Source: a virus
Lineage: Duplodnaviria; Caudoviricetes
Virus record (IMG/VR): IMGVR_UViG_2602041658_000005
Location: 1-64,000 of that record
Strand: one strand, 5' to 3'
DNA: 64,000 nt
Shown piece by piece: positions 8,949-17,828 of this stretch. The notes under the pieces are model-generated. The model was not told the origin of the DNA. It saw only the letters and a program-made list of their open reading frames with translations, and made no database searches. Numbering within the stretch: position 1 is the first letter of the stretch; each line of letters begins with the position of its first letter. The position numbers and the translations under genes are program-made.

Positions 8949-9533
8949 ATGGAAGATATAAATTTTAATAATGTTATAGAAAGGCTTTCAGATACTACTT
9001 ATAAACCAATGCCTCAATTGGTTCGTATTCAAATACCGAAAGCGAAGGAGTATCTTAAGCAGGGTTTAACTTATTTCTGTGGGAGTAAGGCTGAATGGAA
9101 CGATGATTATGAAAAGATAGCAGAGTGGTTGTCAGATAATAAGGGGAAAGGGCTGATGTTAGTTGGGGATTGTGGTATAGGCAAATCTTTAATAGGTATG
9201 AGAATATTGCCTTTATTGTTAAATCATTTTTGCAGAAAAGTGGTTACAATATGTACTGCAACGGAGCTGAATAAGAAACCGAACGAGGTAATAAATAAGC
9301 ATATAGTGTATATAGATGATGTGGGTACTGAAGACGTATCTAATATATACGGTAACAAACGAATACCTTTCACAGAGATGGTAGATGCGGCGGAAAGAGA
9401 CGGAAAGCTATTGATGTTTTCGACCAATTTAGACGATAAACATTTGTCTGCTAAATATGGAGACAGGACAATAGACAGACTTCATGCTATTACGCGCAAA
9501 ATAACGATACATGGTAAATCTTTAAGAAAATAA
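8949..9533 (+). CDS. DnaC/IstB-like ATPase (helicase loader)
   Basis: Walker A GDCGIGKS, Walker B YIDDVGTE, STNL, YGDRTIDRL. Confidence 0.85.
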   Translation: MEDINFNNVIERLSDTTYKPMPQLVRIQIPKAKEYLKQGLTYFCGSKAEWNDDYEKIAEWLSDNKGKGLMLVGDCGIGKSLIGMRILPLLLNHFCRKVVTICTATELNKKPNEVINKHIVYIDDVGTEDVSNIYGNKRIPFTEMVDAAERDGKLLMFSTNLDDKHLSAKYGDRTIDRLHAITRKITIHGKSLRK

Positions 9534-9543
9534 AAAAAGAGAT

Positions 9544-9789
9544 ATGGTACAAGGAGAAATAGAATTGAGCGAAGAAATGAAGCAAATTTTATCTACAAGT
9601 ATTTATGATGTAGGTTTTTCGCGAAGAACAATAAACGCTTTAGGTAATGCAGACCTAAGATACATCAAAGAGGTGGTAAATCTCACAGATGGGCAGCTTT
9701 TAAGAGTCCCAAATTTCGGACGGACTTGTTTAGAAGAGGTTAAAAACTATGCAAAAGAAAAAGGCTTAATAGTTGGCGGTAAATATTAA
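9544..9789 (+). CDS. Stand-alone RNA polymerase alpha-CTD-like protein
   Basis: FSRRTINAL...LLRVPNFGRTCLEEV resembles alpha-CTD LSVRSxNCL...LLKxxNFGRKSLxEI. Confidence 0.8.
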   Translation: MVQGEIELSEEMKQILSTSIYDVGFSRRTINALGNADLRYIKEVVNLTDGQLLRVPNFGRTCLEEVKNYAKEKGLIVGGKY

Positions 9790-9856
9790 CAAACGAAATG
9801 CAAGAGTTTTTTGCATAAATATTCAAAAACTCTATGATAATATATAAACAATATAT

Positions 9857-10360
9857 ATGAAAATAAAGATAAAGAAAATAAACAAGTTAGCGAAGTTTCC
9901 TTATAAAAAGCATACAGACGACTTCTGCTATGACCTGTACGCCACATCATGCGAAGAGATAGCCCCAAACGTTTATAAGTATGGTTTTGGTATCGCTATA
10001 CAGATAGAACGTGGAGAAGAAGAAGTGATTGAGATAGGAAATGAAAAAACACGAAAGTATGTGAGCATAGACACCTCTAAGATGCCCATGCTGTTTGACA
10101 TAGACATTCGTCCACGCTCATCTGTGTGGAAAACAGGGCTGGTGCTGTCTAACAGCGTAGGAACGATAGATGAAGGTTATACAGGCGAAATATCAGCCGT
10201 ATTCTATCATGTAGTCCCTACACTACCTATATACAAGGTTGGGGACAGAGTAGCGCAGATGAAGATAGGTCTTACTCTACCTATAGACTTTGAGATAGTG
10301 GAAGAACTCAAAGAAACAGAGCGCAAGGCAGGAGGATATGGAAGTACGGGGTTAAAATAA
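9857..10360 (+). CDS. dut: Trimeric dUTPase
   Basis: YDL, IRPRSS, GTIDEGYTGEI, GDRVAQ, RKAGGYGSTG motifs. Confidence 0.9.
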   Translation: MKIKIKKINKLAKFPYKKHTDDFCYDLYATSCEEIAPNVYKYGFGIAIQIERGEEEVIEIGNEKTRKYVSIDTSKMPMLFDIDIRPRSSVWKTGLVLSNSVGTIDEGYTGEISAVFYHVVPTLPIYKVGDRVAQMKIGLTLPIDFEIVEELKETERKAGGYGSTGLK

Positions 10361-10372
10361 GCATAAAGGAAA

Positions 10373-10699
10373 ATGAACGAAAGTAAAGAAATAAAAGACT
10401 TGGTTCCCATTGAGGACAGGAATGGTCAGAAAGCGGTAAGTGCAAGAATGCTTCATGCTTTTTTAGGCAGCAAACAAGAGTTTACCAACTGGATAAAGAA
10501 CAGGATTGACAAGTACGGATTCGTTGAAAATCAGGACTTTGAGGTTTTTGATAATTTTGTCAAAAACCCAAATGGGGGAAGACCTCAAAAGGAATATGCT
10601 CTATCAATCGGAATGGCAAAAGAATTGTCTATGGTTGAGGGTAACGAGAAAGGAAAGCAAGCACGAAGATACTTTATTAAATTTGGTAAAAGAATATAA
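10373..10699 (+). CDS. AntA/AntB antirepressor N-terminal domain protein
   Basis: AVSARMLHAFLGSKQEFTNWIKNRI...MAKELSMVE...ARRYFI. Confidence 0.85.
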   Translation: MNESKEIKDLVPIEDRNGQKAVSARMLHAFLGSKQEFTNWIKNRIDKYGFVENQDFEVFDNFVKNPNGGRPQKEYALSIGMAKELSMVEGNEKGKQARRYFIKFGKRI

Positions 10700-10711
10700 A
10701 TAAAATAACTT

Positions 10712-11506
10712 ATGAGTGAGATTAATTTAGTATTCAAAGGAGAGAATAACCAAGCACTGACAAACAGTTGGTTGGTGGCTAAAAAGTTTGGGAAAGAACA
10801 TAAGCATGTTCTTGAAGCTATTCGGAAATTAACGAGGACAGCCGAAAATTCGGCTGTCATATCAATGTTTTGTGAATCAGCATATTACAATGAGCAGAAC
10901 AAGGAACAGCCGATGTTTGTAATGAACCGAGACGGTTTTACATTGCTCGCTATGGGTTTTACAGGTGAAAAGGCATTAAAATTCAAAGTTGAATATATCA
11001 ATGCCTTTAATAAAATGGAGGAAGTAATTAAGAATGGTACTTACCAAGTTCCTCAAACTTTCTCCGATGCGTTGTTGCTTGCAGCCAAGCAGCAGAAAAA
11101 GATAGAAGAACAGCAAAGAACGCTTATGCAAAACGCAACAGAAATAAAAGATCTTTCCGACGCTGTTGCTACGATGAAGCCTAAAGCCGATTATTGCGAT
11201 TTGATTTTGAGGAACACGGCTACCATCTGTACGACAAGTATAGCGCAGAATTACGGTATGAGCGCAAATGCTTTTAACATCCTACTTCGCAATTTAGGTA
11301 TTCAGCATAAGATTGCGGGGCAATGGATTTTAAAAGCAAAATACCTCCCTTACGGTTACGTTCAAAGCGAATCTGTCGTAATAGAACATAATGATGGTAG
11401 GAAAGAAACAAAGCAGCATTCAAAATGGACGCAAAAAGGACATTTGTTCTTGTATGAGAAACTAAAGGAACACGGAGTGTTGCCACTTATTGAACAAAAT
11501 GATTAA
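10712..11506 (+). CDS. Rha-family regulator with antirepressor C-terminal domain
   Basis: VAKKFGKEHKHVL, MNRDGFTLLAMGFTGEKALKFK, IAQNYGMSA, KWTQKG. Confidence 0.88.
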   Translation: MSEINLVFKGENNQALTNSWLVAKKFGKEHKHVLEAIRKLTRTAENSAVISMFCESAYYNEQNKEQPMFVMNRDGFTLLAMGFTGEKALKFKVEYINAFNKMEEVIKNGTYQVPQTFSDALLLAAKQQKKIEEQQRTLMQNATEIKDLSDAVATMKPKADYCDLILRNTATICTTSIAQNYGMSANAFNILLRNLGIQHKIAGQWILKAKYLPYGYVQSESVVIEHNDGRKETKQHSKWTQKGHLFLYEKLKEHGVLPLIEQND

Positions 11507-11521
11507 AAGAAAAGAGACCTT

Positions 11522-11968
11522 ATGAGAAAGAAAATATCTATTTGGTTTGAAACCACCGTCAGCTATAAAAGGCTGACAGAAAAGGAATTAGAGAAACAGG
11601 TAAGAGAACGCTATGTGGTGGAAGCATGCAGCTTTGGCGAGACAGAAAAGACAGTTATCGAAGAAGTGCTGTCTATGTCTACGGACGGCGAAATAGACGT
11701 TCAAAAGATAGCCAGAGCAAGCTATCAAGACGTGTATTTTGATGATGAAAAGCACTGCGGTATTTATTACAAAGTAAAGCTGTCATCATGCTATATCACA
11801 GATAGCGGAGACGAGAAAGAAGAAACCGTCCACTTACTCGTAGAAGCAAGCAGTATAGAAAATGCCAGAAAGAAAACGGCAGAAGCATTGTCGTTACATG
11901 ACGGATGTGGTACAGAAATTACAGGTATGACGAAAGTGCGGTTTGCAGATGTGTTGGAAAACGAATAA
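11522..11968 (+). CDS. DUF4494 family protein
   Basis: WFETTVSY...ERYVVEACSFGETE...LLVEASSIENA. Confidence 0.75.
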   Translation: MRKKISIWFETTVSYKRLTEKELEKQVRERYVVEACSFGETEKTVIEEVLSMSTDGEIDVQKIARASYQDVYFDDEKHCGIYYKVKLSSCYITDSGDEKEETVHLLVEASSIENARKKTAEALSLHDGCGTEITGMTKVRFADVLENE

Positions 11969-12111
11969 AATGGAAGACAGAGATGAGCAAAAGGATAGTA
12001 GTATGTTCCGCTGAGAAAGAGAAGCAAGCACGAAACTTAACATTCCGAGTTCTACAATTTGCAATAGTTATAGATATGGCATAATCGTGAAAGGAGGGTA
12101 TCAGTTTAATT

Positions 12112-12597
12112 ATGTATAAGAATCATTTGATTTTGCAAGACATACATGTTGGTGATTGGGTACAAGAGTATAGCGAGATAACAGACAATTTCTCGATGCC
12201 TATGTATGTATCTGCAATCTTTGCAGACGGAACCGTTTATCTTGATTTTAATGGCAATGAAGGCGATGTTTGGGAAACTAATATTGAAGATATTGCACCT
12301 ATCACGATGGATAAAGAAGCACTGAAAGGATTTGGATTTGAACTTGACTTTGAAACAGGAGGTTTAAAGCTATCAATTGGCGATAATCATATCTATATAC
12401 GTAAATTTCAATACTACTTTGATAAAAATAATTGGGCTATTCAAATTGGAGAAGATGTAAAGTTTTTTAACAAATGGTTTATTCAAATTGGAGGAGATGC
12501 AAGGTTTACCCCTGTTTGTTGTTACATTCACGAATTACAACACGTATATTACAAATATGCGCACAAGCCTCTTATTCTTAATTGGAAAGGTGTTTAG
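12112..12597 (+). CDS. Hypothetical phage protein
   Basis: 161 aa, IHVGDWV...YIHELQH. Confidence 0.7.
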   Translation: MYKNHLILQDIHVGDWVQEYSEITDNFSMPMYVSAIFADGTVYLDFNGNEGDVWETNIEDIAPITMDKEALKGFGFELDFETGGLKLSIGDNHIYIRKFQYYFDKNNWAIQIGEDVKFFNKWFIQIGGDARFTPVCCYIHELQHVYYKYAHKPLILNWKGV

Positions 12598-12601
12598 TTT
12601 T

Positions 12602-13368
12602 TCTATAATATAAGTTTATTTTTAGTCTGCCATCATCGAACTATCGGTGGTGGCTATTTTACTTGAATTATGATTGAAATGGAGTCTATTTACATGAGGC
12701 TACCAATAGCCTTTGATAGAGATGGCTGTGAACGAGATAGAGATATAAAGAAAAGAACGTGCAGTAATGATGGGAATAAAAAAGATTGACTATGAATAAA
12801 GGCAAAGAGAGACAGGTATATTTTTGTTCTTCTGAAAAGAACGGTAAGATAGTTGATATGGCTTTTAAATATAGCAAATATTCTGCTTTCAAATATAAAA
12901 GAGATCAAGAGAAATTAGGAAGGACGGTTAGCTTTTTCATAATAGTGGAATATTGCAAAGACCAAACAGATGTAGACGATAGGGGGCATAAAGGTGTGAA
13001 ACTTTCGCATTTAAAAGGTTGGTCGAAGCGTATCATGTGCGTAGAAACAGGAGAAGTATACAACACTATTAGAGAGTGCCAAAAAGCAAACGGAATAGGG
13101 AATTGGGTTATTCGTAAGGCGGTGTATGAAAATAAGGTTGTAAATGGTAAACATTACAAGATAATAAGTTAATAGAAAAAACGGGAATAAATATCTAAAA
13201 GACAAAATCTACAAAGCTGTAAAAAAGTTGTGTTTTATTGTTTAAGAAAAAGCATATATGATTGTATGTGGGATTTAGATATAAAAACAACGATAGAATT
13301 TGATTACTCTATAATATAAGTTTGAATTTTTAATCTGCCATCATCGAACAATCGGCGGTGGCTATTTT
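12602..13368 (+). repeat. ~60-bp direct repeat pair (12602-12660, 13308-13368), each with a terminator hairpin
   Basis: TCTATAATATAAGTTT...TCTGCCATCATCGAACwATCGGyGGTGGCTATTTT at both positions. Confidence 0.75.
12792..13172 (+). CDS. NUMOD1-like DNA-binding domain protein
   Basis: C-terminal RIMCVETGEVYNTIRECQKANGI. Confidence 0.6.
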   Translation: MNKGKERQVYFCSSEKNGKIVDMAFKYSKYSAFKYKRDQEKLGRTVSFFIIVEYCKDQTDVDDRGHKGVKLSHLKGWSKRIMCVETGEVYNTIRECQKANGIGNWVIRKAVYENKVVNGKHYKIIS

Positions 13369-13379
13369 TTTTGGAAAAT

Positions 13380-13922
13380 ATGAAAATGGATTTGTTAGCA
13401 GGGAGTGGCAATGATGAGTTTTATACACCACCATACGCCATATATCCTATACTAAAATACATTAAACCAAATTCTTCTATTTGGTGTCCGTTTGATAGTG
13501 AAGAAAGTTTCTTTGTTAAGATATTTAGAAGGAAAGGACATAAAGTGTGTTATTCTCATATCAGCAATGGGGAAGATTTCTTCCTTATGAACGTTCCAGA
13601 ATGTGATTACATTATATCAAATTCCCCTTATTCTCTTAAAACAGAAGTACTTAAAAGGCTATTCCAAATAGGTAAACCTTTCGCTATGCTCGTTGGAGTT
13701 GTTGGTATTTTTGAGAGCAAAAAGAGATTTGATTTGTTTCGTTCAAACAAATCTGAGGTTATGTATTTTGATAAGCGCATTTGTTATATGCAAGATTATA
13801 AAGAAAAGAGGGAATCGTTAAATCCCCCATTTAGTAGTGTTTATATATGCTCTAATATACTTCATAAACAGATAGTTTTCGAAGAATTGAACAAAGAAAA
13901 TCAATTAAATTTATTTGTATGA
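13380..13922 (+). CDS. Phage N6-adenine DNA methyltransferase (motif IV reads NSPY)
   Basis: DEFYTP, IWCPFD, DYIISNSPYS, KPFAML. Confidence 0.8.
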   Translation: MKMDLLAGSGNDEFYTPPYAIYPILKYIKPNSSIWCPFDSEESFFVKIFRRKGHKVCYSHISNGEDFFLMNVPECDYIISNSPYSLKTEVLKRLFQIGKPFAMLVGVVGIFESKKRFDLFRSNKSEVMYFDKRICYMQDYKEKRESLNPPFSSVYICSNILHKQIVFEELNKENQLNLFV

Positions 13923-14233
13923 TAAAAGACAAGAAATGCTACATATCTCTGCCAATAACAGGCAGAGACTTAGATGAGGTTGGCGGAAGAATTGCGGAAT
14001 TGAAACGCAAATTGCAAGATAATGGATATATACCTATTTCTCCATTCGATAGAGAGGTTGATTTTAATGCCACGCATGAGGAACACATGAGAGCGGATTT
14101 TAAATTATTGCTCGATTGCGACTACATCCTTATGGGGCGAGAATGGGAATATTCAGTTGGCTGCCGTGCTGAGCTAAACACAGCACTTGCTTGCGGAATG
14201 AAAATAATGTTTGAATTTGCAGAGACAATATGA
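13919..14233 (+). CDS. DUF4406 family (nucleoside deoxyribosyltransferase-like fold)
   Basis: YISLPITG, HMRADFKLLLDCDYI, WEYSVGCRAE. Confidence 0.85.
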   Translation: MIKDKKCYISLPITGRDLDEVGGRIAELKRKLQDNGYIPISPFDREVDFNATHEEHMRADFKLLLDCDYILMGREWEYSVGCRAELNTALACGMKIMFEFAETI

Positions 14234-14409
14234 TTCACGTTAGAGATGGAGAACCATACATCATTTTTAAAGGCAAACCGTTTTACCCCTACGATGGCTT
14301 GTACATAGGCACTTCGGAGAGGTCTTTCAGAGGAGGACTTAGAGACATAAGCAGGTGTATCAAATCCTGCTCACATGACGCAGCGGTAGTAGTCTTGGAA
14401 GACGAATGA
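14230..14409 (+). CDS. Stand-alone TRD-like mini-protein U1 (59 aa)
   Basis: DGLYIGTSERSFRGGLRDISRCIKSCSHDAAVVVLEDE; ATGA-coupled on both sides. Confidence 0.55.
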   Translation: MIHVRDGEPYIIFKGKPFYPYDGLYIGTSERSFRGGLRDISRCIKSCSHDAAVVVLEDE

Positions 14410-14533
14410 GTTTTTTACAACACCAAATCCACACAAGCATTTTGGTAATGTGAAACCGTCTGAATATGTTGCGCCAACTATGCTTGCGACAGATTATAAA
14501 TAACTACCATTGATAATAAAGATAGAAAAATGA
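14406..14533 (+). pseudogene. Disrupted TRD-like mini-ORF U2
   Basis: After a shift at T6 (14411-14416) reads VAPTMLATDYK*LPLIIKIEK; TGA overlaps the MTase ATG. Confidence 0.45.
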
Positions 14534-15273
14534 AATATGACAAAGAGAATCCATTAAAAGTATTCACTGCGTTCAGTGGGTACGATAGTCAATGCCTTGC
14601 ATTGGAAAGATTAAAGAAATATGATAAGGATTTCGAGTATAACCTTGTTGGCTGGTCGGAGATAGATAAGTATGCCATACAAGCGCACAACGTTCTGTTC
14701 CCCCAATACAAAGACAAGAACTTTGGGGATATATCAAAGATAGATTGGACGGAAGTTCCTAATTTTGATTTATTTACGTTCTCGTCGCCCTGTCAAGATT
14801 TCAGCCAAAGCGGTCTGCAACGAGGTGGCGAGGAAGGAAGTGGCACGCGCAGTTCTTTACTATGGGAATGCAGAAAGGCAATTCTCGCAAAGAAGCCAAA
14901 ATACTTGATGCTTGAAAATGTAAAAGCATTGACAAGCAAGAAATTTATGCCATTGTTTCAAAAGTGGCTTGATGAACTTGAGAGTTATGGTTACTCCAAT
15001 TATTGGAAAGTACTCAACGCTACTGATTTTGGTGTGCCACAGAATAGAGAAAGAGTATTTTGCATATCAATATTGAAGACAGAAGATGAGCCAATGCCTA
15101 TATTTCATTTTCCACAACCTTTTCCACTTGAAAAACGATTGAAAGATATTGTTGAGAAAAACGAAGATGGGAGTGCGAAGAAAGTGGATGAGAAATACTA
15201 TCTGTCGGATAAGGCACTTGAGTATTTCAATAGAGTTGATAAAGACAAAACGCATGGTCATAATTTCAAATAA
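14530..15273 (+). CDS. C5-cytosine DNA methyltransferase, N-terminal catalytic part (motifs I-VIII)
   Basis: AFSGYDS, SEID, FGDI, SPCQDFS, LENV, PQNRERVF; motifs IX-X absent. Confidence 0.9.
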   Translation: MKYDKENPLKVFTAFSGYDSQCLALERLKKYDKDFEYNLVGWSEIDKYAIQAHNVLFPQYKDKNFGDISKIDWTEVPNFDLFTFSSPCQDFSQSGLQRGGEEGSGTRSSLLWECRKAILAKKPKYLMLENVKALTSKKFMPLFQKWLDELESYGYSNYWKVLNATDFGVPQNRERVFCISILKTEDEPMPIFHFPQPFPLEKRLKDIVEKNEDGSAKKVDEKYYLSDKALEYFNRVDKDKTHGHNFK

Positions 15274-15356
15274 GGAGGGGTGGAGGGATAGCCTGTACCA
15301 TAAGGTGCAAGGCAGGCAGCCGTGTAGATGACAATTTTGTAATAGATGAAAAATGA
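15270..15356 (+). other. TRD-like module A in the -1 frame directly after the MTase stop
   Basis: IRRGGGIACTIRCKAGSRVDDNFVIDEK*; one extra A at ~15270 would fuse it to the catalytic part. Confidence 0.55.
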
Positions 15357-15510
15357 GATAATAGAAGCCGTCATCATACCGCAAGTAATGAGAGGGGGGG
15401 CAAGCCCAACAATAACGGCGAGTGTAAAGAATATGGGGTGTGCAAATCTTGTTTCGTTAGCGCATTTCCCCATTGCAGGAATTATAGAAATTTATGATAA
15501 AGAAGAATAA
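15346..15510 (+). CDS. TRD-like mini-protein B (54 aa)
   Basis: MKNEIIE...RGGASPTITASVKNMGCAN...AGIIEIYDKEE; G7 run at 15394-15400. Confidence 0.55.
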   Translation: MKNEIIEAVIIPQVMRGGASPTITASVKNMGCANLVSLAHFPIAGIIEIYDKEE

Positions 15511-15670
15511 ATCTTTGTTTGCCATGTTTGAGAAAGGGCTTGTTCCATTAGAGCCATACGTCTGCATAGATACTTACAATCAAAAGGTCATGAGAGATTG
15601 TTTCTGCACAATTCGCACGACCATAAGCAGTTCAAACTTACATTTCATAACAATAATGGAAGATGATTAA
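15494..15670 (+). CDS. TRD-like mini-protein C (58 aa)
   Basis: MIKKNK...CIDTYNQKVMRDCFCTIRTTISSSNLHFITIMEDD. Confidence 0.55.
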   Translation: MIKKNKSLFAMFEKGLVPLEPYVCIDTYNQKVMRDCFCTIRTTISSSNLHFITIMEDD

Positions 15671-15839
15671 ATTTTTGAATCCTTACGAGACTTTCATTCC
15701 ACAAAATAATGCACGTCATGTGTGTGGGCGAATAGAAGTTTGTAGAACTATCAAGGCGCAATACTATAAAGTAGGAAAGGCTAATTTTATTAGGAAAGAC
15801 GGATTGGGAGCGACAGCCGTAATAGAGGTAGAATTATAA
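15663..15839 (+). CDS. TRD-like mini-protein D (58 aa)
   Basis: MIKFLNP...VCRTIKAQYYKVGKANFIRKDGLGATAVIEVEL. Confidence 0.6.
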   Translation: MIKFLNPYETFIPQNNARHVCGRIEVCRTIKAQYYKVGKANFIRKDGLGATAVIEVEL

Positions 15840-15853
15840 TTTGCTGTAAGTTT

Positions 15854-16012
15854 ATGATAGAAGATGTTTTTGTAATCAATGGCTATAAGAGAAATGACAA
15901 GGAGGTATCATCCACTATTCGTGGAGTATATGGTAAGTGTGGAGGTGGCAGTGTTTTTCTCAATACAGGACATGGGATAACGGGAATAGTAGAAGTGTAT
16001 GAATCGGAATAA
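15854..16012 (+). CDS. TRD-like mini-protein E (52 aa)
   Basis: MIEDVFVING...VSSTIRGVYGKCGGGSVFLNTGHGITGIVEVYESE. Confidence 0.55.
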   Translation: MIEDVFVINGYKRNDKEVSSTIRGVYGKCGGGSVFLNTGHGITGIVEVYESE

Positions 16013-16165
16013 AAAAAAATAATTCAGTTGTTCAACATTCTACCACCATCTACGAATTTCCAGAACGGACAGAGAGGCAGGGTTTACAGCGTGATGGGGG
16101 TAAGTCCTACCATTGATGCGATGCAGGGTGGAAATCTGCAACCGAAAATAGTAGTGATAGAGTGA
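15999..16165 (+). pseudogene. TRD-like mini-ORF F, out of frame at an A9 run (16011-16019)
   Basis: MNRNKKK*; shifted frame IIQLFNIL...QRGRVYSVMGVSPTIDAMQGGNLQPKIVVIE*. Confidence 0.6.
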
Positions 16166-16830
16166 TGAAATATTTAGTATGTGCAAGTAGGGGGAGAAAA
16201 ACCGACAATCCGAGTGAGCGAGGGAAGTCGCTCGGTAGATATAAACAAAGATTACAGGTTAATTTAAGAGAGGTATTAAACACGATAACGAGCATTCAGA
16301 AAGACTATTTGATGATGGAAATATATGAACCGATGTGCTTGTCTTTGTATCGGACGGACTATGGGAAAAAAGTTTGGAACGAATATGAGAAGAGACACAA
16401 TATAAAAATGAATCGGAAAACTATGTTGTGTCTATTACCAAGGCACGATGGTCTATTTAGAACTATAACAACATTACAAAGTGATATACAAATTATGGAA
16501 TCAAGTAACAATAAAGGCAAGTTGATAACAGAAGAGGTGGCAGTGAAGTTAAAGCTACCGAAAGAGTATATTGGCAAATGTTTTAGGATAAGGAAACTGA
16601 CACCAAGAGAGTGCTTTCGCCTTATGGACATGGAAGAAGAAAAAATAGACAAAGTGCTGAATGCCAAGAATGAGAAAGGACAGCAGCTTATATCCAATTC
16701 TCAACTTTACAAATTAGCTGGCAATAGCATAGTCGTGAGTTGTATGGAATATATGTTTAGGAACTTGTTTATTGGTGTTCCCGAAGATGAGAAAGGAAAA
16801 CAAGAGCCAGTGCAATTAAAATTATTTTAG
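16165..16830 (+). CDS. C5-cytosine methyltransferase C-terminal part (two TRD-like modules + motifs IX-X)
   Basis: SRGR...NTITSIQKD; RTDYGK...RTITTLQSD; RKLTPRECFRLM; LYKLAGNSIVV. Confidence 0.85.
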   Translation: MKYLVCASRGRKTDNPSERGKSLGRYKQRLQVNLREVLNTITSIQKDYLMMEIYEPMCLSLYRTDYGKKVWNEYEKRHNIKMNRKTMLCLLPRHDGLFRTITTLQSDIQIMESSNNKGKLITEEVAVKLKLPKEYIGKCFRIRKLTPRECFRLMDMEEEKIDKVLNAKNEKGQQLISNSQLYKLAGNSIVVSCMEYMFRNLFIGVPEDEKGKQEPVQLKLF

Positions 16831-16959
16831 ATGAAATACTTAGGAAGCAAGCGCAGAATAGCGAAAGACATTTTGCCTATCATTCTTGATGGAATGAGAG
16901 AGGGAGATTATTTCATAGACGCCTTTTGCGGTGGTTGTAATCTGTTGGATAATAAATAA
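16831..16959 (+). pseudogene. N-terminal fragment of a Dam/D12-class adenine methyltransferase
   Basis: MKYLGSKRRIAKDILPII...FIDAFCGGCNLLDNK* (motifs X and I only). Confidence 0.75.
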
Positions 16960-16970
16960 ACTTTACTCAA

Positions 16971-17663
16971 ATGAAAGAGATTTTTACTATTAATTCAAAA
17001 AGGTGGCTTTCTTTAAGGAATTACGAAGGAGAGGTATGGAAGCCTGTTGTTGGATATGAAAATTGCTACGAAGTAAGTAATTTTGGTAGAATTAAAAGTA
17101 TAGCACGTTTTGTAAAATGTAAAGATGGCAAAATTCAGCGATACAATGAAAAAATACTTCGTTTATGGATAGCAAAATTAGGCTACGCATCAATAACGCT
17201 TGAACATTATGGAGAAACGAGGAAAGTTGGAGCGCACAGGATAGTTGCAGAGGCTTTTCTCCCAAACCCAAAAGGATTACCGCAAGTTAATCACAAAGAC
17301 GAAAATCCTACAAATAATAAATTAAACAACTTAGAATGGTGCACGGCAAAATACAATTTGACTTACGGAAGCAGGTTACAACGATTACACCTATCAACGA
17401 TAAATAATCCGAAAACCTCAAAGATAGTCCAGCAGTATTCATTTGATGGAGAGTTGATTTGCGAATATCCTTCATTGATGGAGACAAGAAGACTTTTCGG
17501 AGGGCATGTAGGTGAAGTCTGTAATCATAAATACTACAGTACATTAGGTTATTTTTGGCTGTATAAAGGTATTAGTTTTGAAGAATGGCAGAAAAAGCAT
17601 GAAGAAATTTTCAGAGAAAGAAGGCGTAATAAGCCAAGAAGAATTATAACTACCAAACGATAA
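16971..17663 (+). CDS. NUMOD4-HNH homing endonuclease with NUMOD1-like tail
   Basis: EVWKPVVGYENCYEVSNFGRIKS; HRIVAEAF; VNHKDENPTNNKLNNLEW. Confidence 0.9.
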   Translation: MKEIFTINSKRWLSLRNYEGEVWKPVVGYENCYEVSNFGRIKSIARFVKCKDGKIQRYNEKILRLWIAKLGYASITLEHYGETRKVGAHRIVAEAFLPNPKGLPQVNHKDENPTNNKLNNLEWCTAKYNLTYGSRLQRLHLSTINNPKTSKIVQQYSFDGELICEYPSLMETRRLFGGHVGEVCNHKYYSTLGYFWLYKGISFEEWQKKHEEIFRERRRNKPRRIITTKR

Positions 17664-17700
17664 CGAAGAAACCTATTGAAAAACTATTTATGCTATAATT

Positions 17701-17826
17701 ATGGAAAACAAACTTGACAGGGTCGCTTCTGAGTGGACAAAGAAACACCCGAAAGCGACACTTGAAGAAGCGTTCAAGGCGGGATATTTAAGGCATGTTG
17801 AAGCGTGGGTAAAGAACGAAAGATAA
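17701..17826 (+). CDS. 41-aa hypothetical protein (MENKLDRVASEW...)
   Basis: Fills gap before MTase; EEAFKAGY motif. Confidence 0.5.
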   Translation: MENKLDRVASEWTKKHPKATLEEAFKAGYLRHVEAWVKNER

Positions 17827-17828
17827 GA

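Noticed and set aside
16960-17700. Group I intron carrying the HNH
   Set aside because: Almost no non-coding sequence for a ribozyme core, and flanking exons would not rebuild a full MTase.
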